This document shows positions 1-9,363 of a DNA stretch of 64,000 nt, piece by piece. Both the position numbers and the translations under genes were made by a program. Each line of letters begins with the position of its first letter. Positions within the stretch are counted from its first letter, which is position 1. The notes beneath the pieces were generated by a model that was given only the letters and a program-made list of their open reading frames with translations, did no database searches and was not told where the DNA came from. Source of the stretch: an uncultured Acidobacteriota bacterium (lineage in GTDB: Bacteria > Acidobacteriota > Terriglobia > Acidiferrales > UBA7541); contig CAVUBX010000003.1 of NCBI GenBank assembly GCA_963739935.1, forward strand, positions 100,807 to 164,806, read 5' to 3'.

Positions 1-77
1 GTGCAGCTAACAGTGAGCATGAGGACGACACGCACCGCTGTTCTCGACAAACGTTCTTTCCCTAAGCTCATTTTCAT
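1..77 (-). CDS. 5-prime end of a putative lipoprotein gene running off the left edge (MKMSLGKERLSRTAVRVVLMLTVSC...)
   Basis: Reverse-strand ATG at 77 is preceded by an AGGAGAAGG Shine-Dalgarno-like motif. It has a basic n-region, a hydrophobic core and an LTVSC lipobox-like end. Only 25 codons are visible. Confidence 0.3.
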   Translation of the reverse strand, partial: MKMSLGKERLSRTAVRVVLMLTVSC

Positions 78-306
78 TTGAGGACACCTTCTCCTCTCAT
101 TGGTACCCGCGAATCTACTCGCAAGTCTATGCAATTGCTTCGCTTTCGACAAATAAGTCTTGTCTCTCGGGCTTTCGGGCGAATATCGAATACTCGATCG
201 CTAACGTCGTAAGAGTTTGTTTCTTTTGCCGCAAAACCTCTCGTCGAGATAATGATTGTGGGTACGATGCAATGGTCGCTGTGTTCAGCGGCGGCAGGTG
301 CTGGAA

Positions 307-1287
307 CTACAGAGTGGAGTAAGCCAGCTCAACAAACTGGTCGGGTGTATTCAGGCCGCCGCCGAATGCACCGTCGAATTCCGCAGTGGGCTTGGTGGCG
401 ATCACTTCCTTCAATGACTTTCCGGAAGTTTTCTGCTTCTTGACCCTATCGCGCACGGTGATCAGCATATCGCGATAGGCCGTGAGCGCGGCCTTGTCGC
501 CAACTGGTCCGTGTCCGGGCACGATCTTAGTGGAAGTGTCAGCCATGGCAATGCCCTTACCGGCGGCCGCGATCATGCCATCGATCTGTCCTCCCGTGCT
601 GCCATCGATGAAAGGATACGCTCCCTGGAAAAAGGTATCGCCCATGTGCAACACATTGTTGTTTGCGAAATGAATATAAATGTCAGTGTCGGTGTGTGCG
701 GGAGCGAAGTGAGCCAAGCGGATTTCTTCTTGATTGAAGAAGAGTTCGAAGCTGTCAGTGAAGGTTTGTTGTGGAAGCGCGTCCGGCGGAGAAGGAGGGA
801 AATGCATCTTCAGGAACTCGATCACTTGGGGCGTAGAAAGGCGTTTGCGGGTATTTTCGTGCGCGAGAATCGTGGCGCCCATGCGATGCATGGCCGCGTT
901 TCCGTCGGTATGGTCAAAATGCCAGTGCGTGTCGATCAGAATCTTCAGAGGCGCGCTGCTGAAACGGTCGAGCGTCTGTTTGACCTTGGGCGCCACCCTG
1001 CCAAAGCTTGAATCCACCAGAATCTTGCCGTCTGGACCATCGAGCACTACCATGTTTCCGCCAGGGCCGAAGAGCAGATGTACATTGTCGCGCAACGGCA
1101 AGGTCTGCAGAGGCACACTGGCCATTTTCCGGGTCGATTCCTCCACCGGATCGATGGCGGCGCCGCTCTGAGCGGCCGCGAGCAGATGGCGCGGCAGCAA
1201 ACCCGCCAACGCGCCACCACCAGCCAGGGCGGAAAGTGCACGTAACATTTCGCGTCGGGTCGAACGTGGAAAAGATTCGTGATCCAT
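307..1287 (-). CDS. MBL-fold metallo-hydrolase, probably Tat-exported
   Basis: Lies in ORF 307..1383. Has the HWHFDHTDGN (HxHxDH) zinc motif and a twin-arginine-like leader STRREMLRALSALAGGGALAG. The start was moved to MDHESF. Confidence 0.8.
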   Translation of the reverse strand: MDHESFPRSTRREMLRALSALAGGGALAGLLPRHLLAAAQSGAAIDPVEESTRKMASVPLQTLPLRDNVHLLFGPGGNMVVLDGPDGKILVDSSFGRVAPKVKQTLDRFSSAPLKILIDTHWHFDHTDGNAAMHRMGATILAHENTRKRLSTPQVIEFLKMHFPPSPPDALPQQTFTDSFELFFNQEEIRLAHFAPAHTDTDIYIHFANNNVLHMGDTFFQGAYPFIDGSTGGQIDGMIAAAGKGIAMADTSTKIVPGHGPVGDKAALTAYRDMLITVRDRVKKQKTSGKSLKEVIATKPTAEFDGAFGGGLNTPDQFVELAYSTL

Positions 1288-1401
1288 TAATTTCAGGCCA
1301 CTTTTAAAAATGATGGACGATATAAACATAGCATCCTCGCAGACCAGCGTCACCATGGAGATAGGCCTCCGATCCTTTTGCAAGCTGATATAGAATTGCG
1401 C

Positions 1402-3129
1402 ATGGGTAGGTCCACGAATCTCGTCCGCCTTCCGATATATGCCTGTTTTTCTCTAGCAATTTCTGCTTTGCTGGGCTCTGCCGCGGTTTTCGGACAACAG
1501 CCGACCGGGACACGCATCGAGCACGCTGATCAAGAACCGCAAAATTGGCTCACATTCTTTGGAAATTACGCAGCTTGGAGCTACAGCCGTCTCGACCAGA
1601 TCAACCGGGCGAATGTAAAGAAACTCGTTCCCGTCTGGGCCTTTCCTACCGGCTTTCCACCAAGTTCCATCCCGCGTTGGGGGCTTGAGGCAGCGCCCTT
1701 GGTGATGGATGGCATCCTCTATTTGGAAGGGCCCCAAAACAACGTCTACGCCATCGACGCCGTCACGGGCCGGCCGCTCTGGACATACTTCTACAAGCTT
1801 CCGAATAGCAATTTCCCTGGCGCGCGAGGAGCTCGCGGACTGGCCATGGGCCCCGGAATGATTTTCATGGGCACGCAGGACAACCACGTGGTGGCACTCG
1901 ATCTAAAAACGGGCGCAGCAGTGTGGAACGTGGAAGTGGAAAACGTGTTCGAGTGCGGCTGCGGCGTTACTTCTGCGCCGCTTTTTGTCAAAGATAAGGT
2001 AATCGTTGGAGTCACTGGTGGCGACCAAGCGCATCGCGGCTATCTCAGCGCGTTTAACGCAAGCACGGGCAGGTTGGACTGGCGCTTCTACACGATTCCA
2101 GCCCCGGGCGATCCCGGTTCGGAAACCTGGCCGGGAGATGCCTGGAAGCTCGGGGGCGGCGCCACCTGGTTCACCGGTTCCTACGATCCCGAGCTGAACC
2201 TTATTTACTGGGGCGTGGGCAATCCATCGTCCGATTTCTACGGCGAAGACCGCGCCGGTCTGAATTTGTATACCGGCTCTCTTGTCGCGCTGAACGCAGA
2301 CACCGGGAAGTTGGGGTGGTATTTCCAGGAAACGCCGCATGATGTGTATGACTACGACTCGGCCCCTGAGCCAGTGCTGATCGATATCCGCCAGAACGGA
2401 GAAGATCGGAAAATCGTTCTGCATTCCAGCAAGAACGGATTCTCCTACGAGTATGACCGCAAAACAGGCCAGTTCATCCGCTCGTTCCCCTACGTGAAGA
2501 CCATCACTTGGACCAAGGGGCTGGACAAGAATGGCAAGCCTATCGGCACCGTAATCCCGGGAGCAGTGAAAGGTTTTCACTTCTGCCCCGGAGTCGGAGG
2601 CGGGCGCAATTTCAATCATTCAGCGTATAGCCCACGCACCGGTTGGTGGTACAGCACCGGCACCGAAATGTGCTCCAGCCTCGATCCGGCAAAAACTGAG
2701 GTGAAACCGGGAGAGGATTGGTTTGGCGGCAAGATTGCGGATGCGCCCAACCTCGAAGCGCAGCCGCACATCAGCGCTTTCGATCCTGCAACCGGCAAAG
2801 AACAATGGAGCTTTCCCACCAAGTATGTGAACGAATCGTCGCTACTCGCTACCGCGGGCGATTTGATCTTTGCGGGAGATCTGGAAGGGTACGTCTTCGC
2901 ACTCGATGCCCGCACCGGCGAAAAGATTTGGTCCTTTAATACCGGCGGGCGTATTGCCGCCCCTCCCGTGAGCTTTTCAGTGAATGGACGGCAATATATC
3001 GCCATCGCTTCGGGCGGGGGCTCATTCAATGAGACGGTTGTGCCGAAGCTCTGGCCCGAATCGGCCGGGCATCTGCCGCAGTCCACTTCGACCTTGTTTG
3101 TGTTTGCGTTACCGGAAACCACTCCCTAA
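1402..3129 (+). CDS. PQQ-dependent dehydrogenase (methanol/ethanol family beta-propeller), secreted
   Basis: Lies in ORF 1378..3129. Carries a signal peptide (LLGSAAVFGQQ) and propeller W-motifs. WPGDAWKLGGGATWFTGSYDPELNLIYWGVGNP and TPHDVYDYD align by eye with quinoprotein alcohol dehydrogenases. Confidence 0.85.
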   Translation: MGRSTNLVRLPIYACFSLAISALLGSAAVFGQQPTGTRIEHADQEPQNWLTFFGNYAAWSYSRLDQINRANVKKLVPVWAFPTGFPPSSIPRWGLEAAPLVMDGILYLEGPQNNVYAIDAVTGRPLWTYFYKLPNSNFPGARGARGLAMGPGMIFMGTQDNHVVALDLKTGAAVWNVEVENVFECGCGVTSAPLFVKDKVIVGVTGGDQAHRGYLSAFNASTGRLDWRFYTIPAPGDPGSETWPGDAWKLGGGATWFTGSYDPELNLIYWGVGNPSSDFYGEDRAGLNLYTGSLVALNADTGKLGWYFQETPHDVYDYDSAPEPVLIDIRQNGEDRKIVLHSSKNGFSYEYDRKTGQFIRSFPYVKTITWTKGLDKNGKPIGTVIPGAVKGFHFCPGVGGGRNFNHSAYSPRTGWWYSTGTEMCSSLDPAKTEVKPGEDWFGGKIADAPNLEAQPHISAFDPATGKEQWSFPTKYVNESSLLATAGDLIFAGDLEGYVFALDARTGEKIWSFNTGGRIAAPPVSFSVNGRQYIAIASGGGSFNETVVPKLWPESAGHLPQSTSTLFVFALPETTP

Positions 3130-3179
3130 CCGTATGGTATACTTTCGTGCGAACAGCCTTCGGAAGGGATAATCCACGG

Positions 3180-4226
3180 ATGAGCGAGACAAGCGTAGAC
3201 GTGTCTGCCTACGCGGCTCTCTTCGGCAAAGACCTTCCCCAGCCCGAGCAGTTCAACTACGAAGTCACACGCGATACGATTCGTCATTTTGCCTACTGTA
3301 TCCCTGACTACAATGCACTTTATCTGGATGACGAATATGCGGCCAGTGCTCGCTGGCGTGGCATCATTGCGCCACCCGGCTATCTTTACGCTCACGGGTC
3401 GCCCGCCTGGCTTGGAAAACTGCCGGGCATAAAAGATTCTTCCGGCAACGAAATGGAAGGCAGCGACAACGCCACCGAAGCCTGGGAATTTTTTCGCCCG
3501 GTGCGCCCAGGCGATACCATTCTGTCCCATGGCAAGATCGCAGGGGCGGAGCCGAAGAACTCCCGCAAACTGGGAGACGCCGTTCTCGTCAACGAAGAAA
3601 TGCGCTTCACCAACCAAAAGGGCGAGATTGTTGCTCGATTGAATTCGTATACGTTTCGCTTCGACGCCAAACGTGTTACGGACGCCGGGACGATGGCGCA
3701 GAGCTACCCTCCCATGCCGCCCGGGCAATTCACGCGAAACGTTCCTACGGCACCGGCTCTACCAGGCACGTTCCCGACTCCCACTCGGCGACGCGACGCG
3801 CCACGATATTTCGAGGACATCCGAGACGGCGAACAGCTCCCGCCATGGGAACTGGGGCCGTTAATGGCTTTCGACATGGGCCGCTTTAACGCCGTGACCC
3901 TTGGAACAGGATTCGATCGGATTGGCCGCACGCAACATATTCCCGACGCTTTTGCGCCCGGCGTTCTGCGCATCCCATGGTTCGGCGCGATGCTCACACG
4001 TTGGGCAGGGCCGAACGCGTTTGTAACAAAAATCGCCCAGCGCAACGAGGACTGGGTGTTGGTTGGCTTCAAAGTGATCTGCAGTGGCCGCGTGACACGC
4101 AAATCCATCGTCGATGGTCGTTTCCTTGTGGATGTCGACATCGCCTGCCACAGTGAGCTTGGATTTCGCACCAATAGCGGAACAGCGCAACTGGAATTCG
4201 AAAGCCGGGAAAGGGCAGGAGCGTGA
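3180..4226 (+). CDS. double hotdog-fold MaoC/FAS1-like (R)-specific enoyl-CoA hydratase/dehydratase
   Basis: Lies in ORF 3147..4226 with an internal ATG at 3180. It is about 350 aa with two hotdog-like halves. The operon context includes a CoA ligase and a crotonase. The assignment is motif-level only. Confidence 0.65.
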   Translation: MSETSVDVSAYAALFGKDLPQPEQFNYEVTRDTIRHFAYCIPDYNALYLDDEYAASARWRGIIAPPGYLYAHGSPAWLGKLPGIKDSSGNEMEGSDNATEAWEFFRPVRPGDTILSHGKIAGAEPKNSRKLGDAVLVNEEMRFTNQKGEIVARLNSYTFRFDAKRVTDAGTMAQSYPPMPPGQFTRNVPTAPALPGTFPTPTRRRDAPRYFEDIRDGEQLPPWELGPLMAFDMGRFNAVTLGTGFDRIGRTQHIPDAFAPGVLRIPWFGAMLTRWAGPNAFVTKIAQRNEDWVLVGFKVICSGRVTRKSIVDGRFLVDVDIACHSELGFRTNSGTAQLEFESRERAGA

Positions 4227-4377
4227 ACAGCGACCTCGGCTCGCGAGAACGAAGGAATCTCACCAAATTTCAGCTCTCGGCCGCTCACCACTTTCCCGCA
4301 AGTGCCGAAGTTCATGGAGCCTTGACCCCTTGACCTCTTCTTGCGCAAATCCTGGCGCTAACCCAGCCACGTCCGCC

Positions 4378-6558
4378 GTGGGTGAAAACGCGATCCAGCG
4401 CCTGAGCCGCAAAGGATGGGAAGCGATCTCCAACCCGCGTCGAATTGCTTTGATAGGCGCCAGCGGACGCGAGAGCAGCGTTAGCTTCACCAGCCGATTC
4501 CTGCAGACCAACAAGGAACTTGGATTTGGCGGCGAAATTTATCTGATCAATCCCAGCCGCTCCGAAATCATGGGCCGAAAATGCTGGCCGAGTATTGCTG
4601 CGCTGCCCGAACCACCCGATATCGTTGCCATCAATCTTCCCGATGCGAAGGTCCTGCCGGCCGTCGAGGAGGCCATCGCTCACGGAGCCGGAGCGTTAAT
4701 AATCCATGCCGGCGGCTTTCTTGAGCGTGGTACGGCGGGCGCAGAGCGGCAAAAAGAGCTTCAGCGGCTGTGCACGGAAGCGGGCATTCCGGCTCTCGGT
4801 CCCAATTGCCTGGGTTTTCTGAGCTTCACGAATCGCGCATCGATTTCAAGTTTCAAGATTGCCGCGGGCAGCGCGGCGGGTTCGATTGCCGCGATCAGCC
4901 AAAGTGGATCGGTGGCCTCGCTGCTGCAAGGCATCGCCGGCCGCCACGGATTGTCTTTTTTGGCCTCCACTGGGAACGAGGCTGTGACAACGGCTGAAGA
5001 TCTCATCAGCTATGCCATCGAAGATCCCGCCACGCGCCTGATCGTGGCCTTCGTCGAAGGATTTCGCAAACCGAAAGAATTGTTTAGCCTCTCTGAGCGC
5101 GCGCAAGCAGCCGGAAAGCCAGTAATTCTGCTTAAAGCGGGGCTGACCCAGGAGGGCAGCGCCGTATCTCGCGGACATACCGGCGCGATCGCTGGATCGG
5201 GCGCGGTTTACCGGCAAGCTCTGCGGCAAGCAAATTTCATAGTCGTCGAAGATTTCGATGAGCTGGCGCAGACCGTGGAGCTGATCGCCTCGTGGCGAGT
5301 GCCTCCGAAATCATTTCGCGTGGGTATGCTGGGCACTTCAGGTGGAGAACTTAGCACCATCACGGATCAGTGTGTTGCGCACGGCCTGAAGTTGCCGGCA
5401 CTCGCGTCGCACACACTTACGGCGCTTCAATCTGTACTTCATCTTCCCAGCGACGTGTTTCCGCGCAATCCAGTCGACGTCGGAATCGGCTTTAGCACTC
5501 CTGGCAGCTATCAGGACCGCATGCGCGCGGCCATCCACACCGTTGCTGCCGATCCTTCTGTTGATATTGTCGCCGTGCTCCAGGGATTCAATCGCGACAG
5601 TCCCGACATTGCTTACTCGCTGAACCGTGAGATATTGGGCGCAACCGCACAAGAGTCGACTTTAATAGGGAAACCCACCTTGGTAGTGGCAACCCGAGCG
5701 GGATTCGCTGACGAAGAAGTTTTGGCGGAGGTGCAAGCAGCCAATATTCCGGCGCTTCAGGGTAGTCGCGAAGCTTTGCGCGCTTTGGGCCACTTTGAGG
5801 ATTACTCGCAGCGTCTCGTACGAAGCAAAACGCCTTCTCTCCCTTGGCCGCAACCGTCCGGCGGCATCTCCGCTCTTCTAAAAAATAAGGACGTAGTTGG
5901 GCAGGTGGAGTTGTTCGACTATTTGGCGGAAAATGGGTTAGCCACTGCGACGATGCGCCGCGTGGGAAGCAAGACGGAAGCTGAACAGGCCGCTCGCGAG
6001 CTGGGTCCGCCTGTAGTGATGAAGATCGATACGGCGCGCGTGGTGCACAAGAGCGACATTGGCGGCGTGGCGTTAGATGTAACGCCGGAGAATGCCGCGC
6101 ACACGTACGAAAAGCTTCTCAATTGTCTCAATCCGCCGCTGGGCTCTTTCCCCGGCGAAGGGATCGTGGCAGCGAAACAAGTCGAAAGCGGTCTCGAAGT
6201 TTACATTGGGGCGAAGCAGGACGAGAGCTTCGGCTGCGTAGTGGTTTTTGGGCTGGGAGGGCGATTGCTCGAGCTTCTCAATCGAAATACGATGCTAGTC
6301 GTGCCTTTTGACCAGTCCGACGCGCTGGAAGCTATCGAGCGCAGCGGTGTTCATCCGTTCCTCAACGGTTTCCGCGGCGGCCCCGTAGCTGATTTTGCGG
6401 AACTGGCCAGAATAATGGTTCGCGTCGGGCAAATCGCGGCCTCCATCGGCGATCGTCTCGAGGTCCTCGATCTCAATCCGGTGATCGTGAATGCGCGCTA
6501 TCCAGGCGGCATCATCGCGGACGCCCGCCTTCTGTTGCTTCCGGAGCCTCAACCATGA
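4378..6558 (+). CDS. ADP-forming acyl-CoA synthetase (fused CoA-binding, succinyl-CoA-synthetase-like and ATP-grasp domains)
   Basis: Lies in ORF 4114..6558. Has a CoA-binding N-terminus (RRIALIGASGRES), a GHTGAIAGS phosphohistidine-loop-like motif and a C-terminal ATP-grasp (VVMKIDTARVVHKSDIGGV). A GTG start at 4378 was chosen because the upstream part of the ORF overlaps the previous gene. The start is uncertain. Confidence 0.8.
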   Translation: MGENAIQRLSRKGWEAISNPRRIALIGASGRESSVSFTSRFLQTNKELGFGGEIYLINPSRSEIMGRKCWPSIAALPEPPDIVAINLPDAKVLPAVEEAIAHGAGALIIHAGGFLERGTAGAERQKELQRLCTEAGIPALGPNCLGFLSFTNRASISSFKIAAGSAAGSIAAISQSGSVASLLQGIAGRHGLSFLASTGNEAVTTAEDLISYAIEDPATRLIVAFVEGFRKPKELFSLSERAQAAGKPVILLKAGLTQEGSAVSRGHTGAIAGSGAVYRQALRQANFIVVEDFDELAQTVELIASWRVPPKSFRVGMLGTSGGELSTITDQCVAHGLKLPALASHTLTALQSVLHLPSDVFPRNPVDVGIGFSTPGSYQDRMRAAIHTVAADPSVDIVAVLQGFNRDSPDIAYSLNREILGATAQESTLIGKPTLVVATRAGFADEEVLAEVQAANIPALQGSREALRALGHFEDYSQRLVRSKTPSLPWPQPSGGISALLKNKDVVGQVELFDYLAENGLATATMRRVGSKTEAEQAARELGPPVVMKIDTARVVHKSDIGGVALDVTPENAAHTYEKLLNCLNPPLGSFPGEGIVAAKQVESGLEVYIGAKQDESFGCVVVFGLGGRLLELLNRNTMLVVPFDQSDALEAIERSGVHPFLNGFRGGPVADFAELARIMVRVGQIAASIGDRLEVLDLNPVIVNARYPGGIIADARLLLLPEPQP

Positions 6559-7373
6559 CGAGTTCATCTCTGATCGATTGCCAGATGGCTGATGCTGTCG
6601 CAACACTCACCATCCAACGCCCTCAGAAGCTTAACGCGCTGACCAACGAAATTATGAAGGAGTTGACCGCGGCTCTCGATCGCATTGCCGGCGATGAATC
6701 GATTCGCGTGGTAGTGCTCACCGGCGAAGGCCGGGCCTTCTCCGCCGGATTCGACGTGAGCATCGACGCGAACCAGCCTCAGTCAACGCCCGCTGATTGG
6801 GCCGAACATTTTCGCTTGGCCTATGGCGGGTTGCGGCGCGTGTGGTCTATGTCGCAGCCGGTCGTGGCCAAAGTGCGCGGCGCATGTCTGGGCGGTGGGT
6901 TTGCGCTGTGTCTGGCTTGCGATCTGGCTTACGCGAGCGAGGATGCTTTCTTCGGCGAGCCGGAAGTGAAATTCGGCGGCAGTACCATGGCGCCCATCTT
7001 GGCGCTGGCTTTGCCACCGCGCCAATACAAGGAGTTAATCCTGACCGGCCGCTCCATCGATGCGAAGCGCGCCGAAGCCCTAGGTTTGATCAACGAAGTG
7101 GTTGCCGCCGACGCCCTCAACGCACGCGTCGAGCAGGTCGCGCGGCACATGTGCTTGTTGCCTCCTGGCACTCTGGCGAAAAATAAAAACATACTCAATC
7201 GCTTCTACGACGCCATGGGTTACTCGACACTGCTCGGTATCGCCGAAGATCGCTCCGTGATCGGCCTCAGCACGGCGGCCGAAAATGAGTTCACGCGAAT
7301 CTCCAGGGAGCGCGGACTATCGGCCGCATTGCAATGGCAGAAGAAACGCTTCACGGATGTGGGAGCGTTCTGA
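6555..7373 (+). CDS. enoyl-CoA hydratase/isomerase (crotonase) family protein
   Basis: Shows the VVVLTGEGRAFSAGFD oxyanion-hole motif and a second GGGFALCLACD segment. Its ATG overlaps the stop of the upstream gene (ATGA). Confidence 0.85.
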   Translation: MTSSSLIDCQMADAVATLTIQRPQKLNALTNEIMKELTAALDRIAGDESIRVVVLTGEGRAFSAGFDVSIDANQPQSTPADWAEHFRLAYGGLRRVWSMSQPVVAKVRGACLGGGFALCLACDLAYASEDAFFGEPEVKFGGSTMAPILALALPPRQYKELILTGRSIDAKRAEALGLINEVVAADALNARVEQVARHMCLLPPGTLAKNKNILNRFYDAMGYSTLLGIAEDRSVIGLSTAAENEFTRISRERGLSAALQWQKKRFTDVGAF

Positions 7374-7375
7374 CC

Positions 7376-8218
7376 ATGGCCGGGCCGTCGCCGAACGTTG
7401 GGCACAGCCCTTCTTTTGTTGCGCACGCTCGCGGCCGTGATTATACGGGCGCTAAACGTTTCGGCGCCTGGCTGCTGAGCGCCATCCTGCTGGTCGCATT
7501 CTGGCAGTGGTACACGAAACACTTCGACGTCTCGCCTGCTCTTTTCCCAAGCCCACTCGCCATCTGGCAATCCCTCTCAGCCAATCTGGCCGACGGTACC
7601 TTCGTAAACGACCTGGGCGTGACCATGCGCGAGGTGATGATCGGATTTTTCGGCGGCAGCATCGTCGGGTTTGTTCTGGCTCTGGCGATTTCGGAATTTC
7701 GGCCTGTGCGCACGATTCTCTATCCCTACGTGGTTGGCCTGCAGTCGGTGCCTAAGACTGCCCTCGCTCCAATGTTTCTCATCTGGTTCGGCTTCGGCAT
7801 CGAATCGAAAGTGGCGCTGATTGTTTCCACCGTCTTTTTCCCCGTTCTGATCAACACGCTTTGGGGCATCGAGCGCACGGATCCCGATCAGCTCGACATG
7901 CTCCGCGCCTACTGCGGACGGCGGTGGCGCATTTTTCTCCGCGTGAAGCTTCCCAGTGCTTTGCCAGCGTTGTTTGCGGGCCTCGAACTTGCCATTGTGC
8001 TGGCGGTTATTGCCGCAGTCGTATCCGAATTCCTCGGCGCGGTGGGAGGCCTCGGGTACCGCATCCTTACTTACAACACAAATCTGGACATGGCTGGCGA
8101 GTTTGCAGCTCTCACCGTGTTGTCGGTGACCGGCTTTCTTCTGCACGCGATCGTTCGAATGTTGGGGCAGCGCCTGGTGTTCTGGGGGCGTCATCGCGAC
8201 GGCGCGCGGGGCGCCTGA
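7376..8218 (+). CDS. ABC transporter permease (NitT/TauT family)
   Basis: Multi-pass membrane protein with an EAA-like loop (RAYCGRRWRIFLRVKLPSALPALFAGL). Sits adjacent to an NMT1-like binding protein and an ATPase. The ATG at 7376 follows the crotonase stop. Confidence 0.85.
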   Translation: MAGPSPNVGHSPSFVAHARGRDYTGAKRFGAWLLSAILLVAFWQWYTKHFDVSPALFPSPLAIWQSLSANLADGTFVNDLGVTMREVMIGFFGGSIVGFVLALAISEFRPVRTILYPYVVGLQSVPKTALAPMFLIWFGFGIESKVALIVSTVFFPVLINTLWGIERTDPDQLDMLRAYCGRRWRIFLRVKLPSALPALFAGLELAIVLAVIAAVVSEFLGAVGGLGYRILTYNTNLDMAGEFAALTVLSVTGFLLHAIVRMLGQRLVFWGRHRDGARGA

Positions 8219-8252
8219 ACACCACGGTGCGCAGTTTTAGGGGAAGAATTTC

Positions 8253-9362
8253 ATGCAGGATGGGCAACGATCTTCAAGGCGTCACTTTTTGCTCCGGATT
8301 GGTTTTGCAGTTGCATCCACGTGCGGCGCGGCCATCGCTGCGCCCGTATTGTCCTTCGGCGGATCGCTCAGGAAAGTCACCTATGCTGTCGCGACTGCCG
8401 ATCTGAACATCGGCTATCCTTATTCCACCCTTCCCAAGGCGCTCGGATATTTCGAACAGGAGGGGCTCGACGTTGAGATCGTTCCCGGGCAATCGTCCGC
8501 CGCAACCACGCAATTGCTTCTCTCTGGTCGCGCCGATATAGGTCTCGCGCAGCCCGACCCCGTAGTCATTCAGCGCGTGAACAATAAGATTCCGCTCATT
8601 TCGTTTTACGCCGTTTGCCGGCGTGGTACCAACCGCATCGTCGTCAATCCCGATTCTTCGATTCAATCGCTGCAGGATTTGAAAGGTAAAAGAGTCGGCG
8701 TCAACGATCTTGGTAGCGGCGGCATGACTTACCTCCGGGCGCGCCTCAAGGAAGCAGGCATGAATCCGAGCGACGTGCACGTTCTCAGCGTCGGCTATGG
8801 AACGCCTTCTTTCGAAGCGTTGAAGAATCACAGCGTTGATGCAGAAGTCAGTTTCACCGGCGGAATTGCCCGGCAGCGATTGGCCGGTTATTCGTTTCGA
8901 GTGCTTCCCGTTACTCCCGCCGAGCTGAATCAGTACAGCTACAACCTGTTCGCTAGCCAGTCTCTCATCGCTAAAGATCCCGATTTGATTGCCCGCATGG
9001 GCCGCGCTACCGCAAAGGCCACTGTGTTCATGATGACAAATCCCGAGGCCGCCGTACGCGCATTCTGGAAGCTATATCCCGATCGCGCGCCGAAGAATCC
9101 AAATGACCCGAAGGCCATGGAGAACGATCTTGGCATCATCAAGGCGGAGCTCCAGGACATGGCCGCCGACACACTTCCGGTGAATTTCAAGTGGGGCAGC
9201 CAGGACGCCGCAGTCTTTGCGCAGATTGAATCCTTCCTGGCAGATGCGGGACAGATTTCGAAAGCCATTCCCCCAACCGACTTCTTCACCAATGCGTTCG
9301 CCGATCAATACAACCAGTTTGACCATCAAGCGGTCATTCGCCAGGCGCAAAACTGGAAATGA
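8253..9362 (+). CDS. ABC transporter substrate-binding protein (NMT1/THI5-like), Tat signal
   Basis: Has an RRHFLL twin-arginine leader and a periplasmic binding-protein length. It sits between the permease and the ATPase. Confidence 0.8.
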   Translation: MQDGQRSSRRHFLLRIGFAVASTCGAAIAAPVLSFGGSLRKVTYAVATADLNIGYPYSTLPKALGYFEQEGLDVEIVPGQSSAATTQLLLSGRADIGLAQPDPVVIQRVNNKIPLISFYAVCRRGTNRIVVNPDSSIQSLQDLKGKRVGVNDLGSGGMTYLRARLKEAGMNPSDVHVLSVGYGTPSFEALKNHSVDAEVSFTGGIARQRLAGYSFRVLPVTPAELNQYSYNLFASQSLIAKDPDLIARMGRATAKATVFMMTNPEAAVRAFWKLYPDRAPKNPNDPKAMENDLGIIKAELQDMAADTLPVNFKWGSQDAAVFAQIESFLADAGQISKAIPPTDFFTNAFADQYNQFDHQAVIRQAQNWK

Positions 9363-9363
9363 A

